From NCBI RefSeq assembly GCF_000190715.1, contig NW_003519425.1, forward strand, positions 22,330-86,329: 64,000 nucleotides of DNA, read 5' to 3'. This document shows, one piece after another, positions 13,701-23,550 of this stretch. Source of the stretch: Dictyostelium purpureum (taxonomy: Eukaryota). Position 1 is the stretch's first letter, and every line of letters begins with the position of its first letter. Below the pieces are notes generated by a model that was given only the letters and a program-made list of their open reading frames with translations, was not told where the DNA came from and made no database searches. The position numbers and the translations under genes are program-made.

Positions 13701-16530
13701 CTCGAAACTTTTAGGAATGACTTTAACCTATCAAAAGACCATTCAGAATAGTACTACCACATCTATTAAAAACATTGGTGGATACTCTTTAAGATCTTAT
13801 ATTGATATCTCTCAAAAACTATTATCACTATCATCAATAATATCAGTCAATAGAATTTGGGAAATTTCAGATTATAAAGGATTAGAATGTTTATTCAAGA
13901 ATGTGATGGATGAAGAAATCAAAAATAAAACCAATCAAATACCCTTTAGCCAAGTTTGGGAATACTTTAAATATCCTCAAAATAAGCAGCCACTTCAAGA
14001 TGATGATCTAAAAGATGTTGAAGCAATGTATTTAGAAATAGAGAGTATTCAAGATCAATTCAAAGATTTGACAAAACAATCACTAATAGAATATAGTATT
14101 AAAACATCAAAAAAACTAATTAAGCAAGTAAATAAGAAAACTATTGATAGCGAATTAGATACTATAGATACTGATGAAATTATCGATGCACCAAAGAAGG
14201 AGCAATTACTATTAATTAATAGCAAAACCAAAAAGTTAACAATAAAACTATTAAGTAGTTTACGTTGGTTAATTTACTATGAATTTGGTATCTTTCCATA
14301 TAACACTCAAATATGTTGTGTATTGGGCTTAATTTTATACTCTAAGAACAAAACTTCATCTCTCAGTCAGCTAAATGGTAGAATTGGTCAAGTTCTTACA
14401 GGTGAAGGCAAATCCACAATCGTAGCATTATTGGCATCATATTGTGCTTTATTGGATAGACAAATCGATATTATTACTACATCAGAATATTTAGCATACA
14501 GAGACTACATCAAATTTGAAGGATTTTTCAAGCTATTTGGTTTAACCTCATCCCATATTTGTGGTGATTCCCCTCAAAAAGAACAATTTCAAGCTCAAAT
14601 TTTATTTGGTACCAATACAAACTTTGAATTTGCACAACTCCGTGATTGTCTTTATGATACAAAGTCTTTGTTTACAAATGATGGAACACCACGTAAAAAG
14701 GATATAGTAATTGTAGATGAAGTTGATAGTTTATTTATGGACTCTGCATTAAATTCAGCAAGAATGGCAATACCAACCAATGATAGTCACGAATTTATGT
14801 ATAAACCAATTTCAAATTATGTATATAGCAATTTTGTATCAAAACTAAACGATAAACAATTGAAAAAACTGTCAACCGTATTATATGATGACGAAAATAG
14901 CTACAAAGATGATTTCTTATTAAATAATAACGAGTTCTTTACAATAACCCCAACCCACTTTCAAGATATCAGAGATCTTTTATCAAATATTGTAAACTCG
15001 TTACCATATGATGAAAAAACAAAACAATTATCAATCAAATGGCTAAAAGGACTAGAAGATAAGAATATTAAAATGATATTGGACAACGCCATTAAATCAT
15101 TTATATTAAAGGAAGGTTTTGACTATGTTATAATAGAAGATAATAATGATAAATCAAATGAAAACCAGTCAAAGAGTACAGTTGTTATAGTTGACAAAGC
15201 AAATACTGGTAGATTAATGATTGGGTCGCGTTTTTCAGATGGCCTACATGAATTTTTAGAGGTTAAACATGGATTATTACCAGAACAAGAAACTCTTACA
15301 GCTGCAGCCATTTCTCATCCATCATTCTTTAGTCAATATAATTGTGTATTTGGTTTAACAGGTACATGTGGTGAACCATCAGAAAGATTAGAATTAATGG
15401 AGGTATATAATGTTGATTCATTTAATGTACCAAGCTATAAACCTTCCCAACGTAAACAATTAGATTCAAAAATCTTTAAAACCATTAAAGAACACCAAGA
15501 TTATATCACTAATGAAATAAAAGAACTGATAATCCAATCTAGACCTGTATTATTACTATTACCAACAATCAAAGAATCACAATCATTCATTACTATTTTA
15601 CAATCACATAATATTCAACCACAACTATTAAATGAAATGCAACAAGAAGATGAAGAATTCATTATTACAAGAGCTGGTGAACCTGGTATTGTTACAGTCG
15701 CAACCAATACAGCAGGCCGTGGTACAGATATCAAATTAACAAAGCAATCTCTCGATAATGGCGGTTTATGCGTATTATTTGGTTTTTATCCAAAGAATTT
15801 AAGAGTTGAAAATCAAGGTTTGGGTAGATCCGGTAGACAAGGTCAAATTGGTAGTTGTAAAATAATAATTTGTTTAGAAACTTTAGAATCATACGATGAT
15901 ATTAGAGATCAAATTAATGATGAAAATGAAATAACAGCAACTGTAGAAAAGGAACAATTTGAAATATTAGACTTTGTGCGAAGTGAAAAATGTCAAAATT
16001 TGTCAAATATAAGATTAAATCAATGTTTTATTGAAAAGGAACAATTTAGGTTACTTGAAAGATATTTTAAACTACTTTTAAATATTAGAAACTACTTAAA
16101 AACATCAGAATTTAATCAACTATTAAAAGAAATTATTAAAGAACAAATCGAAGACCAATGCCACACAGAGGTTCTAATCAAATGTAAATGTAGTAATGAA
16201 CAATTTAAATTATTTTTAAATTCGTCAACATTTTCAAACTTATTAGACTCATGTCCAAAGTTATTATTCTCATCGTCCTCTTCACAGCATAGCAATACCC
16301 TTCAATCTTTAACCGAAAGAATTAAGCAATCAATCATTGACTTTATCCAACAAGAATGGGCTCAATTTTTTACTATAAATTTTTCTACTCGTTCCCAAGC
16401 TCCCCATGATCAATTTAATAAATGGTGGTATCAAGATTCAATCGCTCACTGTTTAGAATTTAACATTGAATCCCATTTCAAAAAACTTATTTACGAATTA
16501 ATCTTTCAAAATAAACAACAAAATAATTAA
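4729..16530 (+). CDS. Giant multidomain protein (3,933 aa) with three ankyrin-repeat blocks and a complete C-terminal SecA-type (preprotein-translocase-like) DEAD ATPase motor.
   Basis: Single ORF with no internal stops. ANK consensus (TPLHxAAxxGHxxxVxxLL-like) at roughly aa 1065-1290, 2100-2225 and 2380-2490. SecA motifs are LTGEGKST...ITTSEYLAYRD (Walker A, NBD1), LFGTNTNFEFAQLRDCL, IVIVDEVDSLFMDSA (Walker B), VVIVDKANTGRLMIGSRFSDGLHEFLEVKHG...QETLTAAAIS...FGLTGTCGE (PPXD/NBD1 end), VATNTAGRGTDIKL and ENQGLGRSGRQGQIGS (NBD2). Confidence 0.75.
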   Translation: MVENCNNKGIIDYYIIPRNNVNHEVIRIIASNANIEPHDYLERNENIIKVSNIDGYNCDQSNWEKEYNNDWRNKLNSLINHDVQYIENKLKDYINDSKIKLSIFKNQSSKGFSSGNTNTDFGYKEALKNFTQQLDYYNLERVYNKSNPLGIESWFSLARCDINESKSSNEYRDEGGLPLDSNLFEGYSERLSCFSQSNHILLFPKPINNSDNDNDSNSTNSQQQQENNNNEEFNSNSFNQILIELVRGIYQYNSLPIFSLHLNNDCSMDPVVHPAYRNTLVGKVLFALDYYMKGFLNGGFISSDYITNYYDIKQPEDQDENAIKSKIRNLKRNIIDIKEEIESGEWMHLKDKFEYKSLRERSFELGLEGKGNFNEVQAEIRQLHGIDEDPTIIALQKAWDNLNKPENGGIKFNTTFRVIAKENSCQMEDGIWVVDGGFTVTYIIEPTKPYQEYIDAYKSVFHGQTPKEYQLQEQVYRETADAISNQMPLLPPCRKYFEMFKQISFLSSYLSTLKSSGQIPNISQIKESLNDIVNFKTPLKIPPLPVRFYKTIQISLTIDDILSFINTNYNPNNNNNNENLEILVYEQLKSYLELVSSYDNIQFINTSKEQEEMIKTKKLELKQTISRVIHKMIEIKYEHPIRFKSISDQLNILSNNFLNFLEMHVDIVLVQQFSDLVSIMGSFIEVLEQNNQKGSDYGAPWPVFQDIVNEEDLLSDSDTASETYLQKMEKVSDFRDECIRLNISLDDLKKSCMEIIDSCKIFLFSDNCRGCNGDLELHKNNLFSQEDSLCTIDSLKCFKKFLNMCKDRLEEKKRTQGWFSSIFSNPEKEIAEIDQTLSTLQISNINQYSSVVISYLEETFGNVEDLVSSLKESTIDFFENHLSHFTKKLLKLIKDSSGTLDIIQWLTQGRSSSIQSKLNSTSTSNLLNISLLPLSKIEIADSTYYSKEGEYQKIWGGCFFDFTTLIIKPIKELSSDGGCFTVESIKDTFEGHFNKWISLENEQLMGIQINILPSDSITQQFNQISYYSVPPIVNVFYQFINDEELLLEYINSKSSNDLMELDSYSNSLLHLSASVGNTLVLKSLISKIGIEHINDRNDFGYTPLSSAAIMGQVESVKVLLEQNETNINSISNNGFTALHISILEGNSQVSRLIIENSKTNLNKQINGNTPLHLALLSNQVDLAIELVNKGASPFISRQFDGFTPIEVAVSLGQLKFIKHIGYQSLEPNSILLAYQTTLMHIAAQNGSLKICDWLIKNGYSASTQNLYGYTPLMVALENGYPEIAHLILDHQPLLSNYKEQSSLKEDFHYQCTSKTFGSYTNCKKQTSAMISISKGYIDIAWAILKQGKESWEYIDKNGHKLLDYIILYGEHLLLDRVLSSEIIPLSTTLLPSKSMSPSSTYLEFTLKQRNNELANVILKHNRIDIDILMKQEQSILSPKRPLHQPYTLLHLAVRSNHTKLVCKWIEETDILSNNHEPKDIIKNLEIKTGNSQPRSLLSIAAESGSLESLQLLLSSNLYKKTIEEDPNAIICPNGIHLLYYALIGRSKKTIEYLVKTCYIDQLNIELDRNDPDITVVAILLSTSQHSLLPFFSSHGLKIYQFGINSVNEAIKVDNYESIEYFIQKANIELIQNKKEPIGDAFYFNLWLKSIKYNSKTILNSFSQQISSSLLNIKSKFKSNDTLITSPLTEIVKYIAVPLLLYYINNKRDINNVQLLLQNLPNQLLNLETILANLKELIINDDYKMLITLYQYFNKNNNNINNIQEEIINNCIKFKSIGCLESMYKETNENSLLEEIKYISDDKYHNENEVLKDRIFDALQKKKDLIVLKFLELFGESLPSVLIQDTPVLVLTFSFCCELSFKYCLSKGCNVFDKRGSGNYIGQGEDKNQQTNLLLYLLKDHSVLGTQLLMLKKYLTKDTIHQLFNQEINIGTNESTSMKLTHWDLIVIVSEPRFIQEAYDESNSEEEEKVIIEFANSFALSLKEKQSNRQQYDSFIEGMASLGLGSTKVPSQRYATHVRDIDYESFTPKLFTVPNETIDSNLLITCTNSGKSSWLEEWLNYSLLSKLQADQENNSHKISITYLEKRFHLNRMINIINKGDPSRVTPLMYASVSGNIDCVKILIEHGADPTCFDTKGNSTLSYAIESNSESTIWFLIPYCLCILNNTNSNNDYLISMAAEKGYTSLVSRFLKYGAYIDNNGSFNKLPLSKACFFGKSNIIKLLLSAKRLLVPSTMFSKSTSSTTSNTTQLVNKDITSSSVKKDKSNEENSIFSYSVSQISALTTSLSTFKTIWNEVGIENIRDSPQQKHLKNINPIDFGDSAFDIAIQNNNLLMIEYLLSFNQTIGSEEEEDRWIKVVLSDNPSLISLLNTPNDLLSNIPSLKANALHVAALRKCHQIVPSLIEIGVSPFETCLYENTTPLQLAASLGNCQFIKSLLRSLYKNKDKLNQVLTSSGHSSGGKSALELALFNGHLSSAYILIQASPDISISKPSLKLLNYIASNQNSQNNWSNQEFLFKLLAIYGDDSISLKNLNTSQKAQEFYDSKLISSFWSSEKLVSLQKSIDSLDFTSKSYQGKLERSIRFGFSMKKSREILTMNWLTTSIERIDIGSDNYLETSDILLNYLQDISLNNSSSMEFLKFAQSKFSSTCQINLSSYIYQYLNSSVIYIENLYKNFDEAYQCLAQIQDKSLISAFDKEIASKWPWMYLFEATTDNGLKLFTILDKVLKTNNIQLYYWFISHFTAPIKSLFIESTVPLIKNAIDRFSQFVTIFKDDPSLLEFLPYPPSDLQLSFQCENGRKNIQLAINSLQKQKQLQYIQVSFLQYLPKSTEYIQKSLKNSLPDTLLVCRQTFEISSFLINNNNNNNQIEEQVLDLISSCSHVLLKAFRGIRNSSNNKVLNLVFLLNYQTNLRLLEMMDYQTSLPTDCKLSLVQFFDSILQVNEYNIISEGDILSMESSKEKNNITSGRIDWCRDMQTIIAQSPQLIKYIGQSHFSKLLGMTLTYQKTIQNSTTTSIKNIGGYSLRSYIDISQKLLSLSSIISVNRIWEISDYKGLECLFKNVMDEEIKNKTNQIPFSQVWEYFKYPQNKQPLQDDDLKDVEAMYLEIESIQDQFKDLTKQSLIEYSIKTSKKLIKQVNKKTIDSELDTIDTDEIIDAPKKEQLLLINSKTKKLTIKLLSSLRWLIYYEFGIFPYNTQICCVLGLILYSKNKTSSLSQLNGRIGQVLTGEGKSTIVALLASYCALLDRQIDIITTSEYLAYRDYIKFEGFFKLFGLTSSHICGDSPQKEQFQAQILFGTNTNFEFAQLRDCLYDTKSLFTNDGTPRKKDIVIVDEVDSLFMDSALNSARMAIPTNDSHEFMYKPISNYVYSNFVSKLNDKQLKKLSTVLYDDENSYKDDFLLNNNEFFTITPTHFQDIRDLLSNIVNSLPYDEKTKQLSIKWLKGLEDKNIKMILDNAIKSFILKEGFDYVIIEDNNDKSNENQSKSTVVIVDKANTGRLMIGSRFSDGLHEFLEVKHGLLPEQETLTAAAISHPSFFSQYNCVFGLTGTCGEPSERLELMEVYNVDSFNVPSYKPSQRKQLDSKIFKTIKEHQDYITNEIKELIIQSRPVLLLLPTIKESQSFITILQSHNIQPQLLNEMQQEDEEFIITRAGEPGIVTVATNTAGRGTDIKLTKQSLDNGGLCVLFGFYPKNLRVENQGLGRSGRQGQIGSCKIIICLETLESYDDIRDQINDENEITATVEKEQFEILDFVRSEKCQNLSNIRLNQCFIEKEQFRLLERYFKLLLNIRNYLKTSEFNQLLKEIIKEQIEDQCHTEVLIKCKCSNEQFKLFLNSSTFSNLLDSCPKLLFSSSSSQHSNTLQSLTERIKQSIIDFIQQEWAQFFTINFSTRSQAPHDQFNKWWYQDSIAHCLEFNIESHFKKLIYELIFQNKQQNN
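7925..8595 (+). other. Ankyrin-repeat block 1 within the giant ORF (about 6 repeats).
   Basis: Repeats such as GYTPLSSAAIMGQVESVKVLLEQ, GFTALHISILEGNSQVSRLII, GNTPLHLALLSNQVDLAIELVNKGA, GYTPLMVALENGYPEIAHLIL. Confidence 0.7.
11030..12190 (+). other. Ankyrin-repeat blocks 2 and 3 within the giant ORF.
   Basis: RVTPLMYASVSGNIDCVKILIEHGADP, GNSTLSYAIESN, ISMAAEKGYTSLVSRFLKYGAYID, ANALHVAALRKCHQIVPSLIEIGVSP, TTPLQLAASLGNCQFIKSLL, KSALELALFNGHLSSAYILI. Confidence 0.65.
14290..15900 (+). other. SecA-like ATPase motor domain (NBD1 + preprotein-crosslinking-like insertion + NBD2) at the C-terminus of the giant ORF.
   Basis: Every motor-domain signature motif of SecA is collinear with and recognisably similar to E. 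coli SecA (GEGKT..VTVNDYLAQRD / GTNNEYGFDYLRDNM / VDEVDSILIDEA / RRWSDGLHQAVEAKEG / GMTGTA / ATNMAGRGTDI / DNQLRGRSGRQGDAGS). No SecA C-terminal translocation (HSD/HWD) region follows. Confidence 0.75.
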
Positions 16531-16617
16531 ATAAAAGTAAAATAACTTTATGATAAAAATAACTTTAATACAAAACCTTTTTTTTTATTTTTATATTTAA
16601 ATTTTAATTAACGATGG

Positions 16618-18023
16618 TTAATGAGGCTGTTGTGGTTGTTGTTGGGCTGTTACGGAAATTGGATCAGAACAATATGGACATTTACCAAAAATTGTAGAAA
16701 ATGAGTATCTTGGATTGGGTAACGCTTTTAACCATTCGTATATGCAAGTATGATGAAAATGCTTTTGACACTTTAAATTATTACAAACTATATCTGGTAA
16801 CGAGTAGTTACCTGTATCTTTTATATCTTGATCATCCGTTGGAGCGTGGAAAAATCTATGGGTATAACAAATTGCACACTCGATAACAATCTCTTCAATT
16901 TTAGTATTTTGTTTTAATGGAAATTCTAAATTTAAAATAGTTTGAAAATTATCAACCGGTGACCTGTTATCTTCTTTTTGAGCTCTCCATTCGTTTAAAT
17001 TTTGATTTAATAAATTCTTTAAATTTGAGACTTTTTTAGCAGGACCGAGGAAATTGTGGTTAGATGGAAATGATCTTGGTTGTTGTGGCGATACTTCGAA
17101 ACATAATGAACAGCCATTGCCTAAAGCAATTCTACGGTAGGTTGATGATCTTTTAGGGTTCTCTGGTTCCAAAACCCATGAATTTGAGTCGATATCATCC
17201 ATAACATCAAAGAACTCTTGATACTCATTGATCATTATTTCGATTAGTTTCAATATATTTATGATTGAATATTTATTTTTGATTTCATCCTGTTTTTGTT
17301 TATGCTTTTCTTCCAATAGTAATTGTTGATTGTGATTTTGTATTCTATTCACCAATTCTAAATTGTCAATGGGTAAATCACATCTAATTAATGGTAACTG
17401 GCTTGGATAATTTTCATTAATTGCAAACTCTATTGAATATTCTCTGTTTTTTATATCTAATAATAATATTTCAAATGTTGAAAATGTATTTTTATCAATC
17501 TCTACAATTTTATCCCACCCTATATCATCCAATTCCTTTAAAACCAAATATAATACATTAATTGGTAGTGATGGTTTATTTGAGACTATAATTGGTGCCT
17601 TTCCTATTGTTGATGTTTGTTTTGATAATCTGTCGATAATATCTTTTAATTCATATAAAAATTGATTTAAATTTTTACATTGCAAAAATCTCTATTTTGA
17701 AAAAAAAAAATTTATTAGTACATTATAAATTATAAAGTTTATTGTTTTGTTTAAAGTAAACTTACATTTTTAATTGTTTGTGAATAAGGATGTAATATAT
17801 CGTATAGTTCTTTTGTGCAATTGAACTCTAATTCTTCAAAGAATATACCATTATTTGTATTATTTTTATTATTATTGTTATTGTTATTGTTGCTTTTATT
17901 ATCGTTTTCTATTGTCCTAATTTCCACAGGATATTCTTTCCCCAAAACATTTATAAATCCTTTATATTCATTTAATTTGGTATTTAAAGGAATTAAATGT
18001 GGAAAAGGTATTTCATCATTCAT
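16618..18023 (-). CDS. fncL: FANCL-type E3 ubiquitin ligase (Fanconi anaemia group L homologue). Two exons: complement(join(16618..17691,17766..18023)).
   Basis: C-terminal PHD/RING is highly similar to FANCL (CAICYTH..DIVCNNLKCQKHFHHTCIYEWLKAL..FSTIFGKCPYCSDPI). Intron GTAAGT...AAAATAG is phase 0. Exon 2 begins AGA upstream of the TTG labelled 'M' in the ORF track. Poly-Asn tract in exon 1. Confidence 0.8.
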
Positions 18024-18288
18024 GAATACACATAAATAAAGAATTTGATAAATGACAAAATTAAAAAAAAAAAAAAAATAATATTAATTTTTAAAAAAAA
18101 AAATTTTTTTTTTTTTTTTTTATTAAAATTTATAATTTCATAGAATTAAAAAAACAATTATTTTGTTTTTTATAACTGTTTAAACAGTTCTGAAAAAATT
18201 TAATTTTTTATAAGAAAAAAGAACAAACAAATAATATTAAACTTTTTTTTATTATTTTATTAAAGCTTTTTCTTTATTGTTTTTTTTT

Positions 18289-19638
18289 TTAATGGTAATA
18301 TAAACCATAATTATTTTTATCTTCGATATCTGCAGTAACAGAATTAAGTGTTTCAAATGAATTTAAATCGATTTTGGTGATGAGGTATTGGTCTGGTGAT
18401 TGTGGTTTAGAAACAATAAAGAAGAATGGATCTGTATTGTTAACGTAGGCAAATGGAATACCATCATCGATAGCACCGGCACTATTGTCTAAGGTTAAAA
18501 GTAATTTGTTGGTAGCTTGATTATTTGCAAATGAAACCGAGTAGAAATTGATTTTGCTGCTGCCTGGGGTACTGCTGCTACTGCTGCCTTCGGTACTTGA
18601 TCCAGTGGAATTAGTTACTTCGATCATATAAATATTGTTTGTAGTTGGTCCAACTGAAGTTTGCATTAAATAAACTTTATTTTCTACTGGAACCAAATCA
18701 TTTTGGAAAACATATTCTTCAAAAGCTTCTTCTCCTGATGAAAGAACTGGTTGTACTAATAAATTACGTTGGTTAGTGGTTGGATCAATGTAGTTTATAT
18801 ATATATTTTTTTCGATTGGGTCGTATGTATGAACCAAACTGTTTTGGTATTTAGTTGCAACTGGGTATTTTGTGACATTGTAATAAAAGAAATAATTATA
18901 ACAACATGTATCAAAACCTATAACTAGCATTTCATTGGTTTTCTTGGACCAACCAACATAGAATCTATAGTTGATAGATGGGTCATAACTGATTGGATGA
19001 ATAGTAAAATCTGTAATAGCTGGGTGACAATTTTCTAAAAAAAAAATAAAATAAAGAAATAATTTCAGTTAATATGTGTTATTTAATATATTTTTCTTTT
19101 TCTTTTTTTAAAACAAACCATAATTAATATAATCTACAATTAATTCACCTTGGTCAAGATCACTGAATGTACCATCATAATAACTATTTTATAAAAATTT
19201 TAATTTTATAAATATTTAATTAAATTAAAAACCAAAAAAAATAAAATACCTACATTCCTTGATCATAAACCTACAAAAAGTAAAATTAAAAAAATTAAAA
19301 TTTTGAAAAAAAAAAAAAGATTAAAGCAACTTACACCATAATAAAAATTATTTATACCATCATAGGCATAGGTTCCCATGAACTTTTCAATATATTGATA
19401 TCTTGAATATAAAGTAACGTTTAAACTACCATCCTCCAATGAAAATCTGTTAAATGTGACATATGATAAAGTATTGATGGGAGAGCTAAAGAATGAAAAT
19501 AATGTTGGTTCCTCTGACTATTTAAAAAAAAATTAGATCACTAAAATATTTAAATTAAAAAAAACATGTATTTTTTATACATACAGCATATACAGATAAA
19601 AAACCAAATATCAATACCAATAATAATAATTTATTCAT
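18289..19638 (-). CDS. Secreted hypothetical protein. About 5 exons, signal peptide MNKLLLLVLIFGFLSVYA, Ser/Gly-rich linker.
   Basis: ATG at complement 19636-19638 followed by a GTATGT donor. Downstream exons joined by GTAAGT/..TAG introns (approx exons 19341-19505, 19256-19275, 19152-19185, 18289-19026). No recognisable domain. Confidence 0.5.
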
Positions 19639-20107
19639 TTTTTTTATTTCCTTTCGTTTTGTGTATGGGTCTGATATTTCAAAATGATTTTTTTTTTTAT
19701 TTTTTCAAATTTAAATTTGAAAAAAAAAAGAAAAAAAATCAGATAGATATTATAATAAATGTTCAACGACACAAAAGCAAATATATGACGATTTCAATTC
19801 CAATTTTTTTTTTTAAAAAATAAAATACGAAAAAAAAAAGAAATTTTAAAAATAAAAATAATAACAAAAGATATTTTTGTGTGATAATAGTTTATTTCTT
19901 TTTTATTATTTTGGAAATATATTACATTAAAAAAAAAATATATATTGTTGTTCTAAAGATTTGTTAATTTTTTGGTTCTATGTGAAAAGGTGGTGATATA
20001 CGATATATATCAATTAGATATAGATGATATTGATATGTAAATTAAATATTGTATTACTATTATGTGATTGTGGTTTCTGTTAGCTATTATTTATTATAAT
20101 TTTTATA

Positions 20108-20620
<513 letters not shown>

Positions 20621-21090
20621 TTTATGTATTTTATGAAATTTGGTTTATTTAAACTGATTAATTAAAAAATATGGTTTGTAATTAAAAATATATGAAAAAA
20701 ACTGTGCGTATAGTTTATTATATTTATATTATGTAAAAAATTTTTATTTTAGTGTGGATATTTGTAATGCTATATAAAAAAAAAATATTTGAAAAATATT
20801 TATTTGTTTGTTTATGTGTGTTAAAATATTAATTAATTTAAAAAATAATAAAAAAAAAAGAAAAAAAAAAATTAAATAAAAAAAAAAAAAAAATTAAAAA
20901 ATTAAAAAAAATAAAAATTTAAAAAAAATAAAATATTAAATTATTAAATTATTATATTTTTAAAATTTTTTTTTTTTGAAAATATAGGTTTTTCCATTTA
21001 TTTATTTGTGACCAGAGGAAATGATTCTGGTTGGATGGTTCAAAGAAATGGGTAAGTATTTTATTTTTAAGTTAATATATTACACATACA

Positions 21091-22688
21091 CTATCTGTCA
21101 ATAATTAGGTAATTTGGATCATTAATAAATTGGTTATTATTATTATTATCTTTTTGGTTATTTTTGTATTTTTTATAATAATATCTAAAAAATACTAATA
21201 ATATAATTATGGTAATAAAAACAATAGTATTCCATTGAATAGTTAGAGGTAAAAAAATAAAAATCGTTATAGTAAGAATGATTGGAGAGGCCAGGTATGG
21301 GAGAAACCATTTGTTTGGAATTGCTTTGTAGGGTCTGTGGTAGTTTGGATTGTATAGGTACAGTTTGATATAGACAACGCACTCTATTGCTATTACTATG
21401 CTGTAGATGGCCATGTCTAAATTTAGAATAGATTCAAAAGGCAGAGAAATAAACAAAGATACTATAGCGGCATTGAAAAGGATAGCAATGTATGGTGTTC
21501 TTCGTTTAGGTAGTAGTTTCGAAAAGAATTTTGGTATTAATCCTCTTTCAGAGATACTGTAGAAATTATTACTGGTTGCTTTTAGGCTGCATAAGAACCC
21601 ACCTATTGCAGATGCCATACCCCCAATACTCATCAGTATTTCAAGCCATTTTCCACCAACTAATACAGCCAAGTTGGAGAATTCACCAGTGTACCATTTA
21701 TCAGGGTCTCTTTCGAATTGCATGCCCACAATCAACGGTAATATATAGAATATAGTTGAGATGATAATAATTGCAAATACACCAATGGGATAGTTTCTTT
21801 TTGCACTTTTAATCTCACCTGCTAATTGCCCCAATTGGTCATAACCACTTATCGACCATAAAACTGTAATTATTAGTATGTTCCATTTTACACCACCAAT
21901 ATTTTTAATACCACCTATTAAAATAAATAATTATTAATATTTTTCTAAAATAATTATAATATCATATAGATCTATAGGTACCATTAATCGATAATATTTC
22001 ACCTAATTGGACTTTACCAATACCAATGCAAACAAATATTACAAATGGGATTAATAAAACAATTGAAAAGATCGCACCAAAATAACCAACCTTTTCAGTG
22101 CCCCATATATTAATAGCAACCACAATAATAATTAAAACTATAGATATTAAAAAAGTACACCAATAGCATTCAGATAGTTTCCCACACCAAGTATAGTTTT
22201 CATATTTGGTATCAATAAAAATATTGGATAGATAGTGCACAAAGATAGGAGCGTATAGTGATAGATCTACTGTTGCAGAAAACCATGACAAAATACCAAC
22301 AAAAAAGCTAAAATCTTCACCAAATGCTTTTTCTGCCCACTATATAGATATTAGTTAGATGGTTTTACACGAATTACAACGTTATTTTAAATATAATAAG
22401 AAATCTACATACCAAAGAACAACCGCCAACATCATTAACCATTAAACTTAGTTCAGCAGTAATTAAAGAGGTTGGTATACTCCATACAATTGGCAATAAT
22501 AAGAAAGTCAATAAAACATAAACATAGCTTCCACAGCTTGAGACCAGTTCTATGCCATATGGACCACTCGAAGTAAGAAGATAGCCAATTGATATTAGTC
22601 CTATTAGTCCAACAGATCTTGGCGGTTTTTTTAAAGATAAAGATGAATTATCATTTTCAATAATAAAGGGTATTTCATCTTCATTCAT
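21091..22688 (-). CDS. APC-superfamily amino-acid/polyamine permease. Three exons: complement(join(21091..21914,21982..22339,22413..22688)).
   Basis: Twelve-TM-like hydrophobic profile and APC-like motifs (SVGLIGLISIGYLLTSSGPYG, GGKWLEILMSIGGMASAIGGF). Introns GTATGT..ATATAG and GTACCT..TTTAATAG. The second donor is atypical. Confidence 0.65.
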
Positions 22689-23550
22689 TTATTTATTTTT
22701 AAACATTTATAATAAAAAATATAAAGAGAAGAGGAGATAAATTTAATTATTTTTATTTTTTTCAACCCAAAAAAAAAAAAGAAAAATTTTTAATTTTTTC
22801 ATTTTTACACCACACCCCCACATGGAATAACCAAATATAATATAAATCGAAATTTTATTTAATATCTTTATTTTTTTCTTGTTTTTTAATTTTGTAAATA
22901 ATTTTATAAAATTATAATTTTTTTAAAACTATTTTTTTTTTTTGGGAAATATTTTAGAAATTTTATTAAATCATATTTATAAATTTTGAGAAATTTTAAT
23001 AAATCAAAATTTAAATACCCATAACTATATTTAATAATATTCACTCTATCCTTTTAAAAATTAAATTATCATTGATATATTGAATCAAGGCCATCCAACC
23101 CCAAACCTATTGATACTCCGCAATACATTATTACAATGAACTAACAAATAATATTATAGAAATATAATATCAAAATCTTTGAACTATAGAGATATAGAAA
23201 GAAGAAAAATAAAAAAAAAAAAAACAAAAAAACAAAAAAATAAAAAAACCGATGGTATTGAAATATATCATCAAAAACAATAATCTGGGGTTGGAATTTG
23301 ATACCTTGATTTTTAATTCAATTTGATCTTCTTGGTGATATTAATATCAAATTATAAGGCACAATTATAGTATTTGTTTTATATTATATTTACTTTTAAT
23401 TAATTTAAAACATTTTACTGATTAATTTAAAGCATTTGCTTTTAATTATCTTTTTAAAAAAAAAAAAAAAAAAAAAAATTTATATTATAACCTTGAATAA
23501 ATTAAAATAAGAAATATAGGGATTGTATTAAAAGTTTTTTATTATTTTTT

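Noticed and set aside
4729-16530. Possibility that the SecA-like segment is bacterial contamination or a mis-assembly
   Set aside because: Codon usage, A/T-rich third positions, Asn-rich linkers and uninterrupted frame continuity with the upstream ankyrin region are all host-like. There is no compositional break at 14290.
17815-18039. 74-aa + strand ORF with poly-Leu
   Set aside because: Antisense of the poly-Asn tract in FANCL exon 1.
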